In this document: one piece after another, positions 24,030 to 33,486 of the stretch | How positions within the stretch are numbered: the stretch's first letter is position 1 | Layout: every line of letters starts with the position of its first letter | Source of the DNA: Hydrogenophaga sp. | Lineage (GTDB): Bacteria > Pseudomonadota > Gammaproteobacteria > Burkholderiales > Burkholderiaceae_C | Assembly: GCA_046074205.1 (NCBI GenBank) | Contig: JBJTNV010000010.1 | Span: 1 to 52,627, forward strand | Direction of reading: 5' to 3' | Length of the DNA: 52,627 nt | Translations under genes and position numbers: made by a program | Notes under the pieces: model-generated | Database searches by the model: none | What the model was told of the DNA's origin: nothing | Seen by the model: the letters and a program-made list of their open reading frames with translations, nothing else

Positions 24030-24932
24030 TCAGGCGGGGAATACCCCGGTGGACAGGTAACGGTCGCCACGGTCGCAAACGATGAAGGCGATGGTGGCGT
24101 TCTGGACCTGGGCTGCGATCTGCTGCGCCACCCAGCAGGCACCGGCGGCCGAGATGCCGGCAAAGATACCCTCCTCGCGCGCCAGACGCCGGCACATCTC
24201 TTCGGCATCGGCCTGGCTCACATACGCCAGCTCATCCACGCCGGAGGGGTCGTAGATTTTGGGCAGGTATTCCTGTGGCCATTTGCGGATACCGGGAATG
24301 CGCGAGCCCTCGCTGGGCTGCGCGCCGATGATTCGTACCGCCGGATTCTTCTCTTTCAGGAAGCGTGAAACCCCGGTGATGGTACCGGTGGTGCCCATGG
24401 CGCTGACGAAGTGCGTGATGCGTCCGCCGGTCTGCTCCCACAGCTCGGGGCCAGTGGTTTCGTAATGGATACGCGGGTTGTCGGCGTTGGCGAACTGGTC
24501 GAGTACCCGCCCCTTGCCTTCTTTCTCCATCTTCTCGGCCAGGTCGCGCGCGTATTCCATGCCACCGCTCTTGGGGGTGAGAATGAGTTCCGCACCAAAG
24601 GCCTTCATGGTCTGGGCGCGCTCAATGGACAGGTCCTCCGGCATGATCAGCACCATGCGATAGCCCTTGATGGCCGCGGCCATGGCCAGCGCAATGCCGG
24701 TGTTGCCCGAGGTGGCTTCGATCAGCGTGTCGCCGGGGCGGATGTCGCCACGCTCCTCGGCGCGCTGGATCATGGACAGCGCGGGCCGGTCCTTGACCGA
24801 ACCGGCCGGGTTGTTGCCCTCAAGCTTGCCCAGGATCACGTTGCCACGGGCCCGGTTGGCCTCAGCCCCCATGCGCTGGAGGGCCACCAGCGGGGTTCGG
24901 CCAATCGCATCTTCAATGGTCGGGTAGTTCAT
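24030..24932 (-). CDS. cysM: Cysteine synthase B
   Basis: KLEGNNPAGSVKDR, EATSGNTG, MGTTGTITG, IPGIRKW, DRGDRYLSTGVF. Confidence 0.95.
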   Translation of the reverse strand: MNYPTIEDAIGRTPLVALQRMGAEANRARGNVILGKLEGNNPAGSVKDRPALSMIQRAEERGDIRPGDTLIEATSGNTGIALAMAAAIKGYRMVLIMPEDLSIERAQTMKAFGAELILTPKSGGMEYARDLAEKMEKEGKGRVLDQFANADNPRIHYETTGPELWEQTGGRITHFVSAMGTTGTITGVSRFLKEKNPAVRIIGAQPSEGSRIPGIRKWPQEYLPKIYDPSGVDELAYVSQADAEEMCRRLAREEGIFAGISAAGACWVAQQIAAQVQNATIAFIVCDRGDRYLSTGVFPA

Positions 24933-24973
24933 GGCTGCCACTGTGCCATAATTTTGTGCTTTACCAGACACCC

Positions 24974-25058
24974 GCCCGGGTGGCGAAATCGGTAGACGCA
25001 GGGGATTCAAAATCCCCCGCCGCAAGGTGTGTCGGTTCGAGTCCGACCCCGGGCACCA
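24974..25058 (+). tRNA. tRNA-Leu (CAA)
   Basis: GCCCGGG acceptor stem, GGGGA-TTCAAAA-TCCCC anticodon arm, long variable arm, GTTCGAGTC T-arm, encoded CCA; 85 nt. Confidence 0.97.
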
Positions 25059-25061
25059 GAC

Positions 25062-25799
25062 TCAAGGCCGTGCAGGCATGCCTGCACGGCTTTTTGCTGT
25101 GTCCACTCCCTCGGCACCCTGCAGCGCCAGCTCTTCCTGCAGCAGTCGCCGGTACACCTGGGGCAACTCACCGCTCATGCGGTTGTTTTCGATGCCGTAC
25201 CCCAGACTCGTCCAGGTACCCGAAAGACGGCGCAGCACCGCCGGTACGCGCCCGGCGCGCAACTGGGCCGTCAGGTCACCCCAGCGCCCGTCTGCCAGCC
25301 AGGCGTGAATCACCTGGTCCTGATGGGTGGGTGAAAAGCTCAACCGGGTGGCCTCCAGCGGGTCATCGGTTCGGTCCGGGTGGTAGCGCGACGCCAGTTC
25401 CAGCCAGGTCCCGTAGAGCAACTGGTAGCGTCCCGCTGCCGTGGAGCAATTGCCCCGGTTGGGGCCGGCACCGATGGTTTCGCACCGGTTGGGGTGGCGT
25501 TCGAGATTGCCCACGCTGCCTCCGCCGTGCAGCACATGGTAGGGGCGCATCACGTTCGATTCGCTGGCCGAGATGGTGCGCATGAGCGCGCGCAGATAAG
25601 GGTCGCCGCCCTGCATCACCAGCGGCTGCGTGCCCGGGACCAGTAACCAGGGACGCCACCACCAGAGCAACAGCAGCATCAGCAGTACCGCGACCACCGT
25701 CAGGCCTGCGCGAGCCAGCCAGGGCGAACCCCGGACATCGCGCTGACGCGACGGCAAGGGGTCCGTGGGTGGAGGTGACGACAGGGGCGGTGAGGTCAT
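25062..25799 (-). CDS. Lambda-lysozyme-like muramidase/transglycosylase with N-terminal TM anchor
   Basis: RALMRTISASE (catalytic Glu position), HP, STAAGRYQ, FSP..QD, WTSL; hydrophobic segment LTVVAVLLMLLLLWWW. Start uncertain. Confidence 0.82.
   Translation of the reverse strand: MTSPPLSSPPPTDPLPSRQRDVRGSPWLARAGLTVVAVLLMLLLLWWWRPWLLVPGTQPLVMQGGDPYLRALMRTISASESNVMRPYHVLHGGGSVGNLERHPNRCETIGAGPNRGNCSTAAGRYQLLYGTWLELASRYHPDRTDDPLEATRLSFSPTHQDQVIHAWLADGRWGDLTAQLRAGRVPAVLRRLSGTWTSLGYGIENNRMSGELPQVYRRLLQEELALQGAEGVDTAKSRAGMPARP
25067..25095 (+). terminator. Intrinsic terminator of tRNA-Leu
   Basis: GCCGTGCAGG-CATG-CCTGCACGGC followed by T5. Confidence 0.85.
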
Positions 25800-25844
25800 G
25801 GCAGCTCGGGGACAATGCCGATTTTCCACCAACCCTTCCTCGCC

Positions 25845-26822
25845 ATGTCCGAACTGATGCCCGTGGCTGCGCTGCTCGCCGGCCTGCTGATGCTCATCTG
25901 GAGCGCTGACCGTTTTGTCGAGGGGTCTTCGGCCACCGCCCGCCATTTCAGCGTCCCGCCGCTGCTGGTGGGCATGGTCATCGTGGGTTTCGGCACCTCG
26001 GCCCCCGAACTGGTGGTGTCCGCGCTGGCCGCTTCCCAGGGCAACCCGTCGCTGGCACTGGGCAATGCCTGGGGATCGAACATCGTCAACATGGGGCTGA
26101 TTCTGGGCATCACCGCGCTGATCGCTCCGCTGCAGGTGCGCTCACGCGTGTTGCGCAAGGAGCTGCCGCTGCTGATCGGCGTCACCGCCTTGTCGGCCTT
26201 GCTGGCCTGGGATCTGAGCCTCTCCCGGACCGATGCCTTCGTGCTGCTGGCCGCTTTCGCCCTGCTCATGGCCTGGTCCATCCGCGAGGCGATGGCCCAT
26301 GGCGACGATGCCCTGGCGCAGGAAACCGATGCCGAGATGCAGACCCACGCCATGCCCCTGCCAATGGCGCTGTTGTGGCTGGTGCTCGGTCTGGCGGTGC
26401 TGGTGGGCAGCTCGCGCCTGCTGGTCTGGGGCGCGGTGGAGATCGCGCTGGGCCTGGGCATCAGCGATCTGGTGATCGGCCTGACCGTGGTGGCGGTGGG
26501 CACATCACTGCCGGAACTGGCCGCCTGCGTCGCCGCGGCGCGCAAGGGCGAGGACGACATCGCACTGGGCAATGTGCTGGGGTCCGGGCTGTTCAACAGC
26601 CTGGCGGTCGTCGGGCTGGCCGGTGTCATCAGCCCCATGGACCTGGAGCCGGCCGTGCTCACGCGCGACCTGGCCGTGATGGCTGGCCTGACCCTGCTGC
26701 TGTTTCAGATGGGGCGCGGCTGGCGGCGACCGGGCCGTATCAACCGCTGGGAAGGCGGTGGCCTGCTGGCGGTTTACCTGGCCTACACCGCCTGGCTGCT
26801 GTGGACCATGGGCCCGCGCTGA
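25845..26822 (+). CDS. Calcium/sodium antiporter (CaCA, YrbG-like)
   Basis: Two alpha repeats, GTSAPE..GNAWGSN and GTSLPE..GNVLGS; alternative start at 25815. Confidence 0.92.
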   Translation: MSELMPVAALLAGLLMLIWSADRFVEGSSATARHFSVPPLLVGMVIVGFGTSAPELVVSALAASQGNPSLALGNAWGSNIVNMGLILGITALIAPLQVRSRVLRKELPLLIGVTALSALLAWDLSLSRTDAFVLLAAFALLMAWSIREAMAHGDDALAQETDAEMQTHAMPLPMALLWLVLGLAVLVGSSRLLVWGAVEIALGLGISDLVIGLTVVAVGTSLPELAACVAAARKGEDDIALGNVLGSGLFNSLAVVGLAGVISPMDLEPAVLTRDLAVMAGLTLLLFQMGRGWRRPGRINRWEGGGLLAVYLAYTAWLLWTMGPR

Positions 26823-26829
26823 ACCGGCT

Positions 26830-27750
26830 TCAGGCCCGCAAACCTTCGGTCACCGTGGGGTAGCGAAGGCGCAGACCCAGCTCGGCTTTCATGCGCCCGT
26901 TGTTCAGGCGGCGGGACTCGCTCATGAAGCTCAGCAGCATCAGCGGCAGCTGCTCGTGGGCGGTGTTTCGGGCCACGCGCGGCGGCCGTGGCAGGCCGTA
27001 CAGATCCGCTGCGAGGTCGAAGTAGTCACCCATCTTCAGCTGGGTGTCGTCGGTCACGTTCACCACCCGCTGCGGTCGCGCACGCCAGATCGCGAGCGCG
27101 CAGGCACGGGCCAGGTCGTCGGCGTGGATGTGGTTGGTGTAGACGTCGTCGTCCGCCCGCAGCACGGGCGTTCCACGCTCCAGACGCGCCCGAGGCGTGC
27201 CGCCCTCACGATCGGGCGCGTAGATGCCGGGAATGCGCAGCACCGTGCTGCGCGCACCGGTCACGCGCCCAAAGTGGCGTACCGTGGCCTCGGCATCAAC
27301 CCGGCGCCAGGCGCGCGGCGTGCGCGGCTGTGTCTTCGTGGTCTCGCTGACCCACTGGCCCTCGCAATCACCGTACACCCCGCTGGTGGACCCGTAGACC
27401 AGGCTCAGGGGGGCGACACGGCGCCCCAGAGCCCGTGTCAGGGCACGCGTGCGCGGATCGAGCCACCCATCCCCGCTTTCTCCTGCGGGTGGTGGCGCCA
27501 GGTGCAGCACACGGGTGGCAATGCCGGCCAGGCGCTGCAAGGTGGCGGGCCGGTCGAGGTCGCCCATCAGCGGCGTGATGCCCTGCGCGCGCAGGCCCCC
27601 CCGACGGCCGGGTGTCGACGTCAGCGCCAGCAGGCGGACGCGGCGCCCGCCACCCAGCGCACGGGCCGCCCGCTGCCCCACGTCACCACAGCCCACGATC
27701 AGCACCCGCTCGCGCCGGAAGCGCGAGGGCAAAGCACCCAGCAAGTTCAT
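26830..27750 (-). CDS. NAD-dependent epimerase/dehydratase (atypical SDR)
   Basis: LIVGCGDVG, STSGVYGD, LRIPGIY, TNHIHADDLA. Confidence 0.88.
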   Translation of the reverse strand: MNLLGALPSRFRRERVLIVGCGDVGQRAARALGGGRRVRLLALTSTPGRRGGLRAQGITPLMGDLDRPATLQRLAGIATRVLHLAPPPAGESGDGWLDPRTRALTRALGRRVAPLSLVYGSTSGVYGDCEGQWVSETTKTQPRTPRAWRRVDAEATVRHFGRVTGARSTVLRIPGIYAPDREGGTPRARLERGTPVLRADDDVYTNHIHADDLARACALAIWRARPQRVVNVTDDTQLKMGDYFDLAADLYGLPRPPRVARNTAHEQLPLMLLSFMSESRRLNNGRMKAELGLRLRYPTVTEGLRA

Positions 27751-27836
27751 GTCAAAACAGGATTTGCGACAATCTTCGGCAGCCGGCCGGGCTGTCTGTT
27801 CCCGGTCGCGGTGGTTGATTCAACGACTCAGGCAGT

Positions 27837-28871
27837 ATGACATTCACGATCACGGTACAGCCCAGCGGGCGCACTTTCCAGGCCGACGCTTCCGAGACCC
27901 TGCTGGCCGCCGGCATCCGCCAGGGCATCAGCCTGCCCTATGGCTGCAAGGACGGCGCCTGCGGCTCCTGCAAGTGCAAACTGGTCAGTGGCAGCGTCAC
28001 GCACGGCGCTCACCAGGCCAAGGCCCTGAGCGCCGAGGAAGAGGCCGCGGGCTATGTGCTCACCTGCTGCGGCACGGCGCAGAGCGACGTGGTGCTCGAG
28101 TCGCGCCAGGTGACCGAAGCCGGTGCCTTCCCGATCAAGAAGATGCCGGTGCGCGTGAGCAGCCTGGAGCGCGCCTCGCACGACGTGATCGTGCTACGCC
28201 TGCAACTGCCAGCGGCCGACGCCTTCCAGTACCACGCCGGGCAGTACGTCGAGTTCCTGTTGCGCGACGGCGACCGCCGCAGCTATTCCATGGCCAACGC
28301 GCCGCACACGCAGGCGGCCGGCCCGCAGATGGAGCTGCACATCCGCCACATGCCGGGCGGCAAGTTCACCGACCAGGTGTTCGGCACGATGAAGGAAAAG
28401 GACATCCTGCGCATCGAAGGGCCCTACGGCAGCTTCTACCTGCGCGAGGACAGCGACAAACCCATCGTGCTGCTGGCCTCGGGCACCGGCTTTGCGCCGA
28501 TCAAAGCCATCATCGAGCACATGGCGCACAAAGGCATCACCCGCCCGGCCACGCTGTACTGGGGCGGCCGCCGCCCGGCCGACCTGTACCAGGCCGCGTG
28601 GATCGAGGCACAGCTGCAGGCCATGCCGAACCTGCGCTACATGCCCGTGATCAGCGACGCCCTGCCCGAAGACACCTGGACCGGCCGCACCGGCTTCGTG
28701 CACCAGGCGGTGCTGCAGGACCTGCCCGACCTGTCGGGTCACGAGGTGTACGCCTGTGGGGCTCCCATCGTGGTCGAATCGGCCCGGCGCGACTACCTCG
28801 CGGCCGGCCTGCCCGAAGAGGCCTTCTTCGCCGACGCGTTCACGTCGGCGCGCGACAAGGCCAGCGCCTGA
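27837..28871 (+). CDS. 2Fe-2S ferredoxin-NAD(P) oxidoreductase (CDP-6-deoxy-delta-3,4-glucoseen reductase-like)
   Basis: CKDGACGSCKC...C, RSYSMA, GTGFAP, YACG. Confidence 0.9.
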   Translation: MTFTITVQPSGRTFQADASETLLAAGIRQGISLPYGCKDGACGSCKCKLVSGSVTHGAHQAKALSAEEEAAGYVLTCCGTAQSDVVLESRQVTEAGAFPIKKMPVRVSSLERASHDVIVLRLQLPAADAFQYHAGQYVEFLLRDGDRRSYSMANAPHTQAAGPQMELHIRHMPGGKFTDQVFGTMKEKDILRIEGPYGSFYLREDSDKPIVLLASGTGFAPIKAIIEHMAHKGITRPATLYWGGRRPADLYQAAWIEAQLQAMPNLRYMPVISDALPEDTWTGRTGFVHQAVLQDLPDLSGHEVYACGAPIVVESARRDYLAAGLPEEAFFADAFTSARDKASA

Positions 28872-28877
28872 ACGGGT

Positions 28878-29486
28878 TCACGAACCGGTTTCAGCCAGCA
28901 GCTTGCGGACATCCCCGGCCAGGGCGGGAGCTCCGCTGCCATACCGGTGGTACAGCCGTACACGACCTTGCGTGTCGTACACGTAGCTCCCGGCTGAGTG
29001 GTCCATGGTGTAGCTGGTCGGCGTCTTGCCTTCGACCTTCTTGTAATAAATCTTGAAGGCCTTGGCCAGGTCGGGCAGCTGATCGGGTTCGGCGTGCAGC
29101 GCCAGGAAGCTGGTGTCAAAGCTGGCCATGTAGGCCTTCATCACCTCGGGCGTGTCGCGCTCCGGGTCCACACTGATGAACAGGCCTTGCAGCCGGTCAC
29201 CGTCCGCTCCCAGCAGACGTTTGGCCTCGGCCAGTTCGCCCAGCGAGGTGGGGCACACGTCCGGACACTGGGTGTAACCGAAGAAGATCACCACCGCCTT
29301 GCCCTTGAAGTCGGCCAGCGTGCGCAGCTGCCCGTTGTGGTCGTTCAGCGCGAAGGCCTTGGCGTAGTCGGCTCCGGTGATGTCGATGCCGGAAAAACCC
29401 GAAGCGGTGGCATCGGCCGGCCGGTCGGAACAAGCGCTGAGCAGGGCACTGCAAAGTCCCAGAGAAATCAGATGACGACGCTTCAT
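28878..29486 (-). CDS. SCO1/SenC copper chaperone lipoprotein
   Basis: Lipobox LSAC, GYTQCPDVCP, YTMDHS. Confidence 0.93.
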   Translation of the reverse strand: MKRRHLISLGLCSALLSACSDRPADATASGFSGIDITGADYAKAFALNDHNGQLRTLADFKGKAVVIFFGYTQCPDVCPTSLGELAEAKRLLGADGDRLQGLFISVDPERDTPEVMKAYMASFDTSFLALHAEPDQLPDLAKAFKIYYKKVEGKTPTSYTMDHSAGSYVYDTQGRVRLYHRYGSGAPALAGDVRKLLAETGS

Positions 29487-29510
29487 GGGAAGGACTCCAG
29501 GGTTCCAGGG

Positions 29511-29582
29511 TGTTGCGGAACCGGTTTCGCCGGGCCGCCAGTGCCACCCCTTGCAGGGCGCGCGCGAAGCGCGGCGGGGGTG
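29511..29582. repeat. REP-like multi-hairpin intergenic element
   Basis: GCGG-AA-CCGG-TTTCG-CCGG-G-CCGC, then CACCCC...GGGGTG enclosing CGCGC-GAA-GCGCG; one copy in the window. Confidence 0.45.
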
Positions 29583-29584
29583 TT

Positions 29585-30490
29585 TCAGAGGTAGTGGTCG
29601 ATGAGCATCGCAGCGAACAGCAGCGACAGGTGCCAGAGCGAGAAGCGGAAGGTCTTGCGCGCCAGACCATCAGAATAGTCGCGCCAGAGCATGAAAGCGT
29701 AACCACAGAACCCCACCGACAGGACCACGGCCACCGTCAGATAGAACCAGCCGCTCATGCGCATGATGAAAGGCATGAGGCAGGCCGCAAACAGCACGAC
29801 GGTGTAGAGCAGGATCTGCAGTCGGGTGAACGTCGAGCCGTGCGTGACCGGCAGCATGGGCAAGCCGGACTTGCGGTAGTCCTCCACCCTGTACAGCGCC
29901 AGCGCCCAGAAGTGCGGGGGGGTCCACAAGAAAATGATCAGGCACAGGATCAGGGCCTCGGGCGCGACCACGCCGGTCATGGCAGCCCAGCCCAGCACCG
30001 GCGGCATGGCGCCCGAAGCCCCGCCGATGACGATGTTCTGTGGCGTCAGCGGCTTGAGGATGACCGTGTAGATCACGGCGTAGCCCACGAAGGTGGCAAA
30101 GGTCAGCCACATGGTCAGCGGATTGACCCACACGTACAGGATGACCGAACCCGCAGCACACAGCACGGCCGAGAAACCGAGCGTCTGCACATTGCTCAGC
30201 TGCCCCTTGGCGGTCGGACGCCAGGCAGTGCGTTTCATCTTGGCGTCAATCTGCTGTTCGATCACGCAGTTGAAGGCGGCTGCCGCGCCGGACACCAGCC
30301 AGATGCCGAAGCAGGCGATGGCTGCCAGCTGGACTTGAGACCAGTTGGGCAGGCCCGGCACCGCCAGCACCATGCCGATGAGTGCGCAAAAAACGATGAG
30401 CTGGATCACGCGCGGCTTGGTCAGCGCATGGAATTGCCGCCAGGTGGACGGCAGGGACACGGTGGCGGTTGGGGTGGGCGCGGCGCTCAT
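29585..30490 (-). CDS. cyoE: Protoheme IX farnesyltransferase (heme o synthase)
   Basis: [47 protein letters not shown]. Confidence 0.96.
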   Translation of the reverse strand: MSAAPTPTATVSLPSTWRQFHALTKPRVIQLIVFCALIGMVLAVPGLPNWSQVQLAAIACFGIWLVSGAAAAFNCVIEQQIDAKMKRTAWRPTAKGQLSNVQTLGFSAVLCAAGSVILYVWVNPLTMWLTFATFVGYAVIYTVILKPLTPQNIVIGGASGAMPPVLGWAAMTGVVAPEALILCLIIFLWTPPHFWALALYRVEDYRKSGLPMLPVTHGSTFTRLQILLYTVVLFAACLMPFIMRMSGWFYLTVAVVLSVGFCGYAFMLWRDYSDGLARKTFRFSLWHLSLLFAAMLIDHYL

Positions 30491-31644
30491 GAACTCTGGC
30501 GATCAACGTTGGGGATGGCGGCGGTGAAACCAAGGGGGGCGCTGCGGGTGCCCAGGAGAACGCCGGTGAGCACCAGCACCAGCGCAGCAGCGCCGCCGGT
30601 GTGCCCCACTGCGGTCAACAAGGGCCAGTCCAGCAGCACATTGGACAGTCCTGTGAACAGTTGCCACAAGGCCAAAACCAGCACCCAGCGTGCGCTATTG
30701 CGCAGCGTCGCCACCGTCCGGAGGCGCCAGGCGAGCCAGCCCAGCACGGCAAACACGGCGTAGGCGGTGAGTCGGTGCACGTAGTGGATGGCGGTAAGTG
30801 CGTCAAAGGGAATGCTGTCGCCACCCCGGCCAACACCCAGTTCTCGCCAGAGGTAAAAACCATCGTGGAAGTTCATGGCGGGCCACCAGCTGCCCTGGCA
30901 GGTGGGGAAATCGGTGCAGGCCAGCACAGCGTAATTGGTACTGACCCAGCCGCCGAGCGCCATCTGAACCCACAGCAGTCCAAACGCCACACCCACCACC
31001 ACACGGTCAGGCGCCGCCAGCGCGACGGGTGCCTGCGGCAGGTGTGCATCCGCCTGCGCATAGCGCCAGGCCTGTGCCCGCAACAGGGCCAGCAGCACCA
31101 GACCACCCAGCAGGTGCAGCGTGACAATCGCCGGGAACAGCTTCAGCGTCACGGTCCAGGCGCCGAACGCCCCCTGCAGACACACCCAGGCCAGTGTGAA
31201 CGTGGGCCACCAGGGCGAGAGGGCCAGGCGCCGCCGCTCGATCCAGCTGACGGCTGCGAGCACGAGGATCAGCACGCCCACGCCGGTGGCCAGATAGCGG
31301 TGAATCATCTCGATCCAGGCTTTGCTGAAGGTCACCGGGCCGGTGGGCATGGCGGACTGGGCGGCGTGGATGTCGGCGTGGGCGCCAATCGGGCTCGCGC
31401 TGCCATAGCAGCCCGGCCAGTCAGGGCAGCCCAGGCCGGAGTCGGTCAGACGGGTGAAGGCTCCGAACAGCACCAGATCAAAGGTCAGGAACAGGGTGAC
31501 CAGCGTGAGCGCGTGCAGGCGCCGGCCGATCGGCGCGTTCCGGTTGCGCAGCCAGATCCAGGCCAACGGGCCCAGGGCCACGACGATGCCCAGCAACATC
31601 ATCCGGAACACCGGCGACCAGTCGTACAGCGGGGTAGCGTCCAT
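30487..31644 (-). CDS. ctaA: Heme A synthase (COX15/CtaA)
   Basis: [40 protein letters not shown]. Confidence 0.93.
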   Translation of the reverse strand: MDATPLYDWSPVFRMMLLGIVVALGPLAWIWLRNRNAPIGRRLHALTLVTLFLTFDLVLFGAFTRLTDSGLGCPDWPGCYGSASPIGAHADIHAAQSAMPTGPVTFSKAWIEMIHRYLATGVGVLILVLAAVSWIERRRLALSPWWPTFTLAWVCLQGAFGAWTVTLKLFPAIVTLHLLGGLVLLALLRAQAWRYAQADAHLPQAPVALAAPDRVVVGVAFGLLWVQMALGGWVSTNYAVLACTDFPTCQGSWWPAMNFHDGFYLWRELGVGRGGDSIPFDALTAIHYVHRLTAYAVFAVLGWLAWRLRTVATLRNSARWVLVLALWQLFTGLSNVLLDWPLLTAVGHTGGAAALVLVLTGVLLGTRSAPLGFTAAIPNVDRQSS

Positions 31645-31656
31645 GGGCGCGGCGCC

Positions 31657-32358
31657 TCAGTTGCCGTCGCCCGGCTGGGCCACGGAACCCCGACCGGGGC
31701 GATCCCAGAACGACGACGCGCGCAGCAGCCGGTCCAGATCAGATTTGATTTTCCTGGGCTGAAGATCAGCCGGGAAACGCATCATCCAGTGGCCGATCGG
31801 GTCCACCACGTACAGGTGGTCCTCGATACGCTGTCCGGTAGCGGGTTGCAGCCATTCGGCCAGGGCCTGCGCGTCCACATGCAGCACCATTGCAGGTTCC
31901 GTGGCCTGGGCCAGTGCCGGTGAGATGGTCGGACTTCCGGTGCGCAGCCAGACCCAGTCCAGGCGTTCCTTTTCCTTGCCCAGGGTCTCGCGCAACTGGC
32001 GTTGCAGGTACAGGCGCTTCTCGCAGGCGGCGTCGCACGCCGAGTCGCCCACGCTGACCAGCAGCCACTGATCCTTGAGCGTGCGCAGGTCCACCGCATG
32101 GCCCTGCGCATCGACACCCGTGATCGCCGGCAACGGCCGTTGGGGGTCCACCAGTTCGCCGTAGTTGCGACGGCCTTCGGGGCGGATCACGTAATACGTG
32201 AAGTACGACGCAATGACCGGTGAGGCGGCCACCAGGAACAGGGCCAGCATCTTCCAGCGGCCTGAGCGGGTCTTGGCAGCCTCGAAGCTGCCCTCCCGAT
32301 CCGGCATGGGCAGGCTGTGCACAGTCAGCGTCAAAGGTTCATCGGGGGTGTTGGCCAT
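31657..32358 (-). CDS. SCO-like/thioredoxin-fold membrane protein of cox clusters
   Basis: TM helix, NYGEL, CDAAC (CxxxC), YVVDPIGHWMMRF, DLDRLL. Confidence 0.8.
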   Translation of the reverse strand: MANTPDEPLTLTVHSLPMPDREGSFEAAKTRSGRWKMLALFLVAASPVIASYFTYYVIRPEGRRNYGELVDPQRPLPAITGVDAQGHAVDLRTLKDQWLLVSVGDSACDAACEKRLYLQRQLRETLGKEKERLDWVWLRTGSPTISPALAQATEPAMVLHVDAQALAEWLQPATGQRIEDHLYVVDPIGHWMMRFPADLQPRKIKSDLDRLLRASSFWDRPGRGSVAQPGDGN

Positions 32359-33088
32359 GAGGACGGCGTTTCGAACGCGGGGAAAGAATCTGAAACCACA
32401 GGTATAGCCCTGCCGTGATCGCACACAGGGCAAACCATTGGGCAGCATAGGCCAGGTGTTTGTGCTCGTCGCCGACAAAAACGGGCCAGTGGCGCGCCAT
32501 GCCCGAGGCATCGGTATCGGTTTGCAAAACCGATACCCCGTCCAGAAGCGGAATCCGCCACTCGGCTGCCAACGCTGCGAGGGAGACATTTTGCCGGATC
32601 GGTCCCGCTGCCCCGCTGCCCAGTTCGAATAGCGTGCTCGGTGGCGGGGCCAAACGCCCCCCCACCTCCACCTCACCGGCCGGCGTGGACAGCAAGGGCA
32701 GCCGGTCGCGTACCCGGAAATCGCGCGGTACCCAGCCCCGCTGCACCAGCACGGCCCGCTCACTGTTCGTCAGCCGCAGCGCAGTCAAAACGACAAAACC
32801 CGTCCTGCCGCCCATGGGGCGGTTGTCGAGGAACAGCTCGGTTCCCGCCAGCCAATGGCCTCGCAGGCGCACCGGCCGGTGCAAGGCGGCGGTCTGCTCG
32901 GGCATGCCCAGCAGTTCCTCCGCCGAGAGCGGCGCTGCGAGTGCCTGCGCTGCAATGTGGCCTTGCAGGCGCTGCTTCTGGGATGCACGTCCGAGCTGCC
33001 ACAGGCCGAGCGCAGCGGTCACCCCCATGACCACGATGGCCGCCGCGGTCACCAGCCAGATATGGGGGTTGGCACGCCATGCGCTCAT
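32339..33088 (-). CDS. SURF1 family protein
   Basis: LGLWQLGRA..K, LDNR, LVQRGWVP, HLAYAAQWF. Confidence 0.93.
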   Translation of the reverse strand: MSAWRANPHIWLVTAAAIVVMGVTAALGLWQLGRASQKQRLQGHIAAQALAAPLSAEELLGMPEQTAALHRPVRLRGHWLAGTELFLDNRPMGGRTGFVVLTALRLTNSERAVLVQRGWVPRDFRVRDRLPLLSTPAGEVEVGGRLAPPPSTLFELGSGAAGPIRQNVSLAALAAEWRIPLLDGVSVLQTDTDASGMARHWPVFVGDEHKHLAYAAQWFALCAITAGLYLWFQILSPRSKRRPHGQHPR

Positions 33089-33167
33089 GTCCCGGCCCCC
33101 GGCATTGATGGTCTTCGGCGGGACGCGAACGACCCCAGGGCATGGTCATTGGCCGGATAATGCAAGG

Positions 33168-33398
33168 ATGACATATCTGGTGATTGTGGCGTTTGTGGCC
33201 ATTGTGGGCAGTCTGGCAGCGGCGCTGGTGTTCATGCTGCGGGGATCGGCCGATTCGGGACAGGCACCGGCCCCCCGGAACCGGATGGCCCGCGCCCTGG
33301 CCCTGCGGGTTGGCTTCTCCATCCTCCTGTTCGTCCTGGTGCTCCTGAGCTATCGCATGGGCTGGATACAGCCCACCGGCCTGCCGGTTCAACCCTGA
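33168..33398 (+). CDS. Twin-transmembrane small protein (DUF2909/HIG1-like)
   Basis: MTYLVIVAFVAIVGSLAAAL..RMARALALRVGFS..GWIQPTG; typical antisense position in cox clusters. Confidence 0.85.
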   Translation: MTYLVIVAFVAIVGSLAAALVFMLRGSADSGQAPAPRNRMARALALRVGFSILLFVLVLLSYRMGWIQPTGLPVQP

Positions 33399-33403
33399 AC
33401 GAT

Positions 33404-33453
33404 GTCCTGGCCAACAAAAAAGCGCCTCACGGCGCTTTTTTGTTGGCCAGGAC
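33404..33453. terminator. Bidirectional terminator (23-bp perfect inverted repeat, 4-nt loop)
   Basis: GTCCTGGCCAACAAAAAAGCGCC-TCAC-GGCGCTTTTTTGTTGGCCAGGAC between convergent genes. Confidence 0.92.
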
Positions 33454-33486
33454 GGCACTCGGCTCAACGAGTGACCGTCACACGGA

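Noticed and set aside
24974-26822. Prophage or genomic island integrated at tRNA-Leu
   Set aside because: No integrase, no duplicated tRNA 3' end noticed, and GC content looks similar to the flanks.
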